Of a stretch of DNA of 64,000 bases, positions 58,357 through 64,000 are shown one piece after another. The stretch is from Candidatus Dojkabacteria bacterium (GTDB lineage: Bacteria; Patescibacteriota; Dojkabacteria; SC72), in NCBI GenBank assembly GCA_012842045.1, contig DUTP01000003.1, forward strand, positions 130,532-194,531, written 5' to 3'. Numbering within the stretch: position 1 is the stretch's first letter; each line of letters begins with the position of its first letter. A program made the translations under genes and the position numbers. Under the pieces are notes generated by a model that searched no databases, was not told where the DNA came from, and was given only the letters and a program-made list of their open reading frames with translations.

Positions 58357-58800
58357 ATGATAATTGGAGAATACAAAAGTAAAGTTGGAGAAAAGAAAAG
58401 AGTCTCACTTCCTGCAAAGTTTAGAGAGGAGATAGGTGAAGACCTAATCCTCACAAGAGGATATGAAGATGCCCTCATACTAGTAAATAAAAGTATGTGG
58501 GAAAGAGTAGCAAAGGATGTAATGGATGGCTCTTTTACAGATAAAAATATTAGAGATACTAGTAGATTCTTAGTAGGAAGTGCAAAAGAGGTACAAATGG
58601 ACTCACAAGGAAGATTTGTAATACCTGAAGCTCTCTTTAAACACGCACAACTAGGAGAGAATATCACCTTTATTGGTTTAATTAACTGGATTGAAATCTG
58701 GGATACAGAGAAGTGGCAGAAGAGAGTAGAGTACTTACAAAAACATGGTGATGAAATAGCACAAGAGATTAGTAAAATGTCAAAAAACAACAATGGATAA
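58357..58800 (+). CDS. mraZ: transcriptional regulator MraZ
   Basis: Two DxxxR-type half-domains (LPAKFREEIG; QGRFVIPEAL). Confidence 0.85.
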   Translation: MIIGEYKSKVGEKKRVSLPAKFREEIGEDLILTRGYEDALILVNKSMWERVAKDVMDGSFTDKNIRDTSRFLVGSAKEVQMDSQGRFVIPEALFKHAQLGENITFIGLINWIEIWDTEKWQKRVEYLQKHGDEIAQEISKMSKNNNG

Positions 58801-59689
58801 GATACATACACCAGTACTACTACAAGAATCAATTGATTCACTAGATATTAAAGAAGATGGCTTTTACATAGATGGTACTCTTGGTGATGGAGGACATAGT
58901 TTTGAGATTTTAAAGAAACTCTCTAAAGATGGTCTACTTATCAGCATTGACCAAGATCAATATGCAATTGATTTTGTTAAAGAATACTACAAGGATTACC
59001 TCTCCAAAAACTGGATAATTGTAAAATCCAACTTCTCAAAGATAGACCAAGTTGTTAAAGAATTTGCAGATGGAAGAAAACCAAATGGAATACTACTAGA
59101 CATTGGACTCTCTTCAAGACAGTTAGAATCCTCTCATGACAGAGGTTTTAGCTACCTAGAATCTCAAGAACCTTTAGATATGAGAATGGATACTTCTCTT
59201 GGTGTAAGTGCAAAAGACATTCTAAATGTCTTCTCAGAAAAAGAACTAGCAACTATCTTTCTAAAGTATGGAGAAGAGAGATATGCAAAGAGAATAGCCA
59301 AAATGATTAAAGAAAACATCTCTAATATAAATACAGTTGGAGACCTTACAAGACTTATCTATAAAGCAGTACCGGCTGCAGATAGCTCAACTAATAAGAA
59401 CCCTTCTCGCAGGGTCTTTCAGGCCCTGCGAATCGTGGTAAACGATGAGTTGAGTAGCTTGCAGACAGCATTAGATAAATCTTTTGAGGTCTTAGAAAAA
59501 AATGGAAGACTATCAGTAATTACATTCCATTCATTAGAAGACCGAATACTAAAACAATTTAATAAAGAAAAATCGGGAAGTGGAGAGGGGAGATTGCTTT
59601 TTCAAAAATACATTGCCCCAACCGATGAAGAGAAAAAAATAAATCCTCGCTCCACTTCTGCTAAGTTAAGAACATTAATTAAAAACTAG
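58793..59689 (+). CDS. rsmH: 16S rRNA m4C1402 methyltransferase
   Basis: HTPVLLQESIDSL, DGTLGDGGHS, LDIGLSS motifs. Confidence 0.9.
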   Translation: MDKIHTPVLLQESIDSLDIKEDGFYIDGTLGDGGHSFEILKKLSKDGLLISIDQDQYAIDFVKEYYKDYLSKNWIIVKSNFSKIDQVVKEFADGRKPNGILLDIGLSSRQLESSHDRGFSYLESQEPLDMRMDTSLGVSAKDILNVFSEKELATIFLKYGEERYAKRIAKMIKENISNINTVGDLTRLIYKAVPAADSSTNKNPSRRVFQALRIVVNDELSSLQTALDKSFEVLEKNGRLSVITFHSLEDRILKQFNKEKSGSGEGRLLFQKYIAPTDEEKKINPRSTSAKLRTLIKN

Positions 59690-59692
59690 AAA

Positions 59693-59998
59693 ATGAAAAT
59701 CTTACAGAAAGCACTACACAATATACCAGCCACTATATTCACCCTAGCAATCATTGCCTTTGTTGTTTGTCAATTAGTCATTAACTCAATACTTGCTCCT
59801 CTTGGTAGTGAACTTCAAAGTCTTAATAGTGAAAAGAACTACCTTGTAGAAGAGAACAGACAGATGGAGGAGAAAATGGCAAAAACAGACTCCATTACCG
59901 CAATACAAAAATTATCAGAAAAAAGTCTTTCTATCTCACCATCAAAAAAGAAAACTGTTGTCTACTTACAAGAAGCAAGTATCGTTGCAAATAAATAG
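59693..59998 (+). CDS. ftsL: FtsL-like small bitopic cell-division protein
   Basis: Position between rsmH and ftsI; single TM followed by a coiled-coil-like segment. Confidence 0.55.
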   Translation: MKILQKALHNIPATIFTLAIIAFVVCQLVINSILAPLGSELQSLNSEKNYLVEENRQMEEKMAKTDSITAIQKLSEKSLSISPSKKKTVVYLQEASIVANK

Positions 59999-60001
59999 GA
60001 T

Positions 60002-61846
60002 ATGGCAAGTCTAGCACATCTACACAAAATCAGGTTAGACAAGAAATCAAACAAAAGAAAAAACTCCGAGAACAAAAAGAAGGACAAAAGTAATATTCAG
60101 ATACTTCTTTATGCAATCACTATCTTTGGTGCCATAGTAATCTTACAAACATTTCGCTGGCAACTCATCCATGCTGATAAGTTTAAAGACCTCTCACAAG
60201 AACAATACATGTCTACACAGGTATCCATTGCCCCAAGAGGAAAAGTCATAGCCTCAGATGGAACTATTTTAGCTGTAGATGAACCAGTATGGAATGTTTA
60301 TGCAACTCTAAGTAAAGATGAAAAAGAAAGGAAGTTGTTTTTTGACAACAAGGAGAAATTTGTAACAGAAGTTTCAGGTATCCTTTCAATGAACAAAGAG
60401 GAGATAGAGGATAAACTAACTGATGATTTTGTATATGCACCCATCAAAAAGCATATTACAACAGAAAAAAAGAACGCCTTAACATCTACCGAGATATTTG
60501 GAGAAAACACAAAAGGATTCGGTCTGCATTTTGAAAGAGAAGAGAAGAGAACTTATCCAAACAACACTCTAGCTGCGCATGTTTTAGGTTTCTTTGGTAA
60601 AGATGCTGAAGGGAAAACAATAGGGCAGTATGGACTACAAGGCTACTACTTTGGTGACATAAGTGGAAGATCTGGATATTCTTACGAAGAGAAAGACTCT
60701 TACGGTAACATCATCCTCACATCAGAATACCAGCCAGTCTTACCAAGAGAAGGAAAAGACTTTAAGTTAACAATTGTTCCCAACTTACAAAGTAAAGTTG
60801 AGAAAATTCTAGAAGACGGAGTGAAAAATACTAGATCCAAGAGTGGCTCAGTAATAATTATGGATCCTAGTACTGGTGCCATATTAGTAATGGCTAACTA
60901 TCCTACATACAATCCTGCAGAATATTGGAGAGCACCAGAACCTTCTGTTTTAAAAAACAAGGCAATATCAGATGTATATGAATATGGTTCTATCCAAAAG
61001 CCTCTCACCATTGCTATTGCACTAGAAGAAAAGTTAATTGACAAGAACTATATCTGTGTAGATAAAACAGGATACCTAGATCTTTACAAAGTTACTGGCT
61101 ATGAAGACTTAAAAGGTTCTCGAATTTATACATGGAATAGGAGAGCAGCTGGTTCTTTAGATATTCCAGAAATTTTCAAAACATCAAATAATCCCTGTAC
61201 GGCCAAAACAGCCCTGACAGTAGATGCAAAACATTATTATTCTAAATTAAAAGAATTTGGAATTGGTGAATTCATAGGTATCGGCTTACAAGATGAAGCT
61301 ACAAGTTATTTAAAACCTTTTGAATACTGGACAAAACTAGATATTATCACATCTGCATATGGACAAGGAATCTCAGCAACTGCACTACAAGCGATTTCTG
61401 CATTCAATCCATTTGCAAACGATGGGGTTAGAATGAGACCATATATCATAGAAGAAATTGTTGATGAAAAAGAGACAATAAAGATTGAACCACAAGCTAT
61501 CAGCCAACCTATCTCTAAAGAAACTGCAGATATCATCAAAGAAGCATTAAAAACAGCAGTGGAGAGAGGCTCTCTTTCAGGTGCAGTAAGAGAAATTCTA
61601 AAATATCCAGTAGCTGCAAAAACAGGTACAGCACAGATTGCAAAAGTAGGAGAGGAAGGGTACAGAAGTGACTATACAAATGATACTGTGATAGGTTTTG
61701 CTCCTGTAGATAAACCTAAAATGTTGATGCTTGTACGACTAGAAGAACCACAGACTGCTGGATTCTCATCTCTGACAACTGCGCCATTGTGGGAAGAAAT
61801 TTTCCTCGCAATTGCTGATGATATGGAAATTGAGAAGAAAAATTGA
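60002..61846 (+). CDS. ftsI: class B penicillin-binding protein (transpeptidase)
   Basis: SxxK (GSIQKPL), SxN-like region, KTG (AAKTGTAQ). N-terminal TM. Uses a TGA stop. Confidence 0.85.
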   Translation: MASLAHLHKIRLDKKSNKRKNSENKKKDKSNIQILLYAITIFGAIVILQTFRWQLIHADKFKDLSQEQYMSTQVSIAPRGKVIASDGTILAVDEPVWNVYATLSKDEKERKLFFDNKEKFVTEVSGILSMNKEEIEDKLTDDFVYAPIKKHITTEKKNALTSTEIFGENTKGFGLHFEREEKRTYPNNTLAAHVLGFFGKDAEGKTIGQYGLQGYYFGDISGRSGYSYEEKDSYGNIILTSEYQPVLPREGKDFKLTIVPNLQSKVEKILEDGVKNTRSKSGSVIIMDPSTGAILVMANYPTYNPAEYWRAPEPSVLKNKAISDVYEYGSIQKPLTIAIALEEKLIDKNYICVDKTGYLDLYKVTGYEDLKGSRIYTWNRRAAGSLDIPEIFKTSNNPCTAKTALTVDAKHYYSKLKEFGIGEFIGIGLQDEATSYLKPFEYWTKLDIITSAYGQGISATALQAISAFNPFANDGVRMRPYIIEEIVDEKETIKIEPQAISQPISKETADIIKEALKTAVERGSLSGAVREILKYPVAAKTGTAQIAKVGEEGYRSDYTNDTVIGFAPVDKPKMLMLVRLEEPQTAGFSSLTTAPLWEEIFLAIADDMEIEKKN

Positions 61847-61883
61847 GATAATAGAGAAGAAAATAATCTAACCAATTCTTAAA

Positions 61884-62912
61884 ATGTCAGATGTACTGAA
61901 AAAAAGCTTGGAACTACTTTTTATTTCTGTTGTAGCATCAGCCATATTTGCTCCAATAATGATTTCTTTTCTATACAAATTTAATCAGGTAAGTGGTATT
62001 AAAAAATCAAAAATTGGAGGTGGAGATGGAGACAACACACTCTTCATGAAGATAATGAAGACTACAATCACTAATGGTACACCTAATATGGGTGGTTTAC
62101 TAATAATGGTGATTGTCCCTTTGATTACACTTATCTTTGTTGAGATGACTCCACTAATTAAAGTATTTTTAATAGGATTCGTTCTTTTTGGAGTATGGGG
62201 ATTGATTGATGTTGTCATATTTACAAATGGTTTCAAACACAATGAAAAAATGAGAGCCTTGCAAGAGACTTTTGAATGGAGATTAGGCAAACTTATCTTC
62301 TCAATCTTTTTAAATATGGGGGTTATGTTACTTCTACAAAAAACTGGAATTGTTAAGAGTATAAATCCAATTGGTTCCTTAGTTATTAACTTCACACCTA
62401 TTGTAGCTATCATCTCCGCAGTAGTAGGGCAATTTGCAATATATTCGGCAGAACTTACAGATGGAGCTGATGGATTAATGATAGGTATCTTTATGATTAT
62501 TACAATAACATTATCGATATTATTCTCTATTCAACAAAAATATGAATTCTTACCAGTCTTAGCTATTATCTTAGGTGTACAGATTATAGACCTCTACTTT
62601 AACATTCCACCAGCAAGATTTTGGAACGGAGGACCTGGTGCAATGCCTCTTGGATTTGCAATGTTCTTTATCGCTCTAGTAACAGACAACATACTCCCTT
62701 ACTTCTTCATGTCTTCGATTACTTGGATTATCATGTTATCTAGCCTTATACAAATGGTAAGTATGAAGTTTTTCAAAAAAAGAGTATTTAAGATAGCTCC
62801 AATACATCATCATTTCCAAGCAAATGGATGGCCACAATACAAAGTAGTAATGAGATTCTGGTTAGTAACACTCATTACATGTATTGTTGGATTATATGTA
62901 GCTCTAATCTAG
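61884..62912 (+). CDS. mraY: phospho-N-acetylmuramoyl-pentapeptide transferase
   Basis: GTPNMGG and TDGADGL motifs, polytopic membrane protein. Confidence 0.85.
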   Translation: MSDVLKKSLELLFISVVASAIFAPIMISFLYKFNQVSGIKKSKIGGGDGDNTLFMKIMKTTITNGTPNMGGLLIMVIVPLITLIFVEMTPLIKVFLIGFVLFGVWGLIDVVIFTNGFKHNEKMRALQETFEWRLGKLIFSIFLNMGVMLLLQKTGIVKSINPIGSLVINFTPIVAIISAVVGQFAIYSAELTDGADGLMIGIFMIITITLSILFSIQQKYEFLPVLAIILGVQIIDLYFNIPPARFWNGGPGAMPLGFAMFFIALVTDNILPYFFMSSITWIIMLSSLIQMVSMKFFKKRVFKIAPIHHHFQANGWPQYKVVMRFWLVTLITCIVGLYVALI

Positions 62913-63635
62913 TTATTTACACTCGACTTTCCTTTGATCACAGCCACAAATCTTCTTACCATCTTCAGATGAGAAGACATCATTCTCACTATACAAAACT
63001 CCTTTGTAAGCACATGCATCTAACTCAATCTCCTCACCTCTCTCATTTCTGTAAACAACCAAAAAAGCATCGTTTACACTCACTGTAAATGGGTTTACTT
63101 CAAAACTACTAGATAACAAACAGGTTTGGGTATGTACCTCCTTATCTCTACCAGTAACAGTTGTAATAATTACCCTATCATCCTTCAGTTCATAGAAGCC
63201 TGCAGAATTAGGACTTGCATTATCTTCAGAACAATATTCCTCTCTCTCTATCGTTATCTTCAAACTCTCTCCACTCTGTGTAATATCAACCACATTAATC
63301 TTTTTGTAATCTGGTTTCTCTTTGTTTAAAGAATTAAGATATTTTTCCGTAAACTTCAAATTATCAGTTGATGGAAGGCTTTCCTCCACGACTTCAACAC
63401 TACCACCTTCATTCTCACAAACAGGAAAACCACTAGAAGAACAAACACAACTATTACCATTAGCATCAACAAAGCTTTCATCTTCAAGATACTCTTTACC
63501 TTCAATATTACAAACTACTTTCTCTCCTAGCCCAGCTTCTCTTACTTTGTAAATAACAACACCTACAGAGATAAGGAAGAGAAAAACAGTAATAACTAAA
63601 AGCCAATTAATTCGCTCTTTGTTTTCCATGCACAT
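62913..63635 (-). CDS. hypothetical membrane-anchored Cys-containing extracytoplasmic protein
   Basis: N-terminal TM WLLVITVFLFLISVGVVIY; several Cys pairs; no family. Confidence 0.45.
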   Translation of the reverse strand: MCMENKERINWLLVITVFLFLISVGVVIYKVREAGLGEKVVCNIEGKEYLEDESFVDANGNSCVCSSSGFPVCENEGGSVEVVEESLPSTDNLKFTEKYLNSLNKEKPDYKKINVVDITQSGESLKITIEREEYCSEDNASPNSAGFYELKDDRVIITTVTGRDKEVHTQTCLLSSSFEVNPFTVSVNDAFLVVYRNERGEEIELDACAYKGVLYSENDVFSSEDGKKICGCDQRKVECK

Positions 63636-63673
63636 ATTGTATCACAAATAAATAAATATGATACAATTTCATC

Positions 63674-64000
63674 ATGCATGACTCACATATCCATTTAGCA
63701 ATGGAACCACTAAAATCTAATTCAGATGAAGTAATTCATAGATTTATCCAAGAAGGAGGTAAACATATCCTAACACAAGGAACAGATATCGTAGACTTCG
63801 ATGATAATTTCCAACTAGCTAAAAAATACAACATGGGAGGAAAAGACATCATTCAAGTCGCCATTGGTCTTCATCCAACATACTTTGAAGAAACATTCAT
63901 TCTAAACAACATTACAGAACAGATTTATGAAAAATCACAGAAAGAGATAGAGAAGTTTAAAGAGATATTTGAAAAAAGAAAAAAAGATATCTCTGCAATA
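63674..64000 (+). CDS. TatD-family metal-dependent hydrolase/DNase, N-terminal part (runs off the window end)
   Basis: Own translation: MHDSHIHLAMEP... (HxH motif) ...QVAIGLHP. No stop within the window, so absent from the ORF track. Confidence 0.65.
   Translation, partial: MHDSHIHLAMEPLKSNSDEVIHRFIQEGGKHILTQGTDIVDFDDNFQLAKKYNMGGKDIIQVAIGLHPTYFEETFILNNITEQIYEKSQKEIEKFKEIFEKRKKDISAI

Noticed and set aside
1-64000. Possible stop-codon reassignment (TGA almost never used as a stop)
   Set aside because: ftsI (60002-61846) terminates with TGA, and no long gene is broken by in-frame TGA under the standard code. TAA/TAG dominance fits the AT-rich composition, so the standard code is retained.
1-64000. 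CRISPR arrays, integrases, transposases, reverse transcriptase / DGR
   Set aside because: No regularly spaced direct repeats were seen in any intergenic region and no ORF shows integrase, transposase or RT (YxDD) motifs. The only tandem repeats are the two promoter modules (27815-28225) and the protein-level repeats inside the giant gene.

Overview
The window is AT-rich (roughly 30-35% GC), densely packed with genes, and uses the standard genetic code (TAA and TAG are the dominant stops; TGA is seen once, at ftsI).

The content points to an anaerobic, fermentative, monoderm-like bacterium. Supporting genes are 2-oxoacid:ferredoxin oxidoreductase plus ADP-forming acetyl-CoA synthetase, desulfoferrodoxin, rubredoxin, a [FeFe]-hydrogenase H-domain-like protein, an archaeal-type cytidylate kinase, a sortase next to a giant LPxTG protein, and a bacterial RRM protein. 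A Patescibacteria/CPR-like lineage is an inference only.

Identified genes:
- A partial dcw cluster: ftsW-murG-murA, an inverted murF, then mraZ-rsmH-ftsL-ftsI-mraY. murB lies elsewhere in the window.
- prmC-prfA-rpmE, pyk followed directly by tRNA-Cys and tRNA-Leu, and a tRNA-His.
- glmS preceded by a clear glmS ribozyme.
- Cell-envelope and surface genes: an S41 CtpA-like peptidase, an HtrA-like protease, a NagZ-like GH3 hexosaminidase and a Na/Pi symporter.

Accessory-looking content:
- At the 5' end: a RecD-like helicase (partial), an AbiL-like pair (AAA_21 ATPase plus RloB/Toprim partner), then a translationally coupled cytoplasmic CE4 deacetylase-like gene and ExoX-like exonuclease.
- A divergent cluster of secreted proteins, including a 1,026-aa protein with a cysteine-rich N-terminal domain.
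- A 2,521-aa repeat-rich surface protein that carries an internal LPVTG sorting signal followed by a second signal-peptide-like segment.
- A tandem duplicated promoter/leader module; the second copy clearly drives a tiny, highly basic ORF.
- An ORF of atypical composition next to tRNA-His.

No CRISPR array, integrase or reverse transcriptase was seen.
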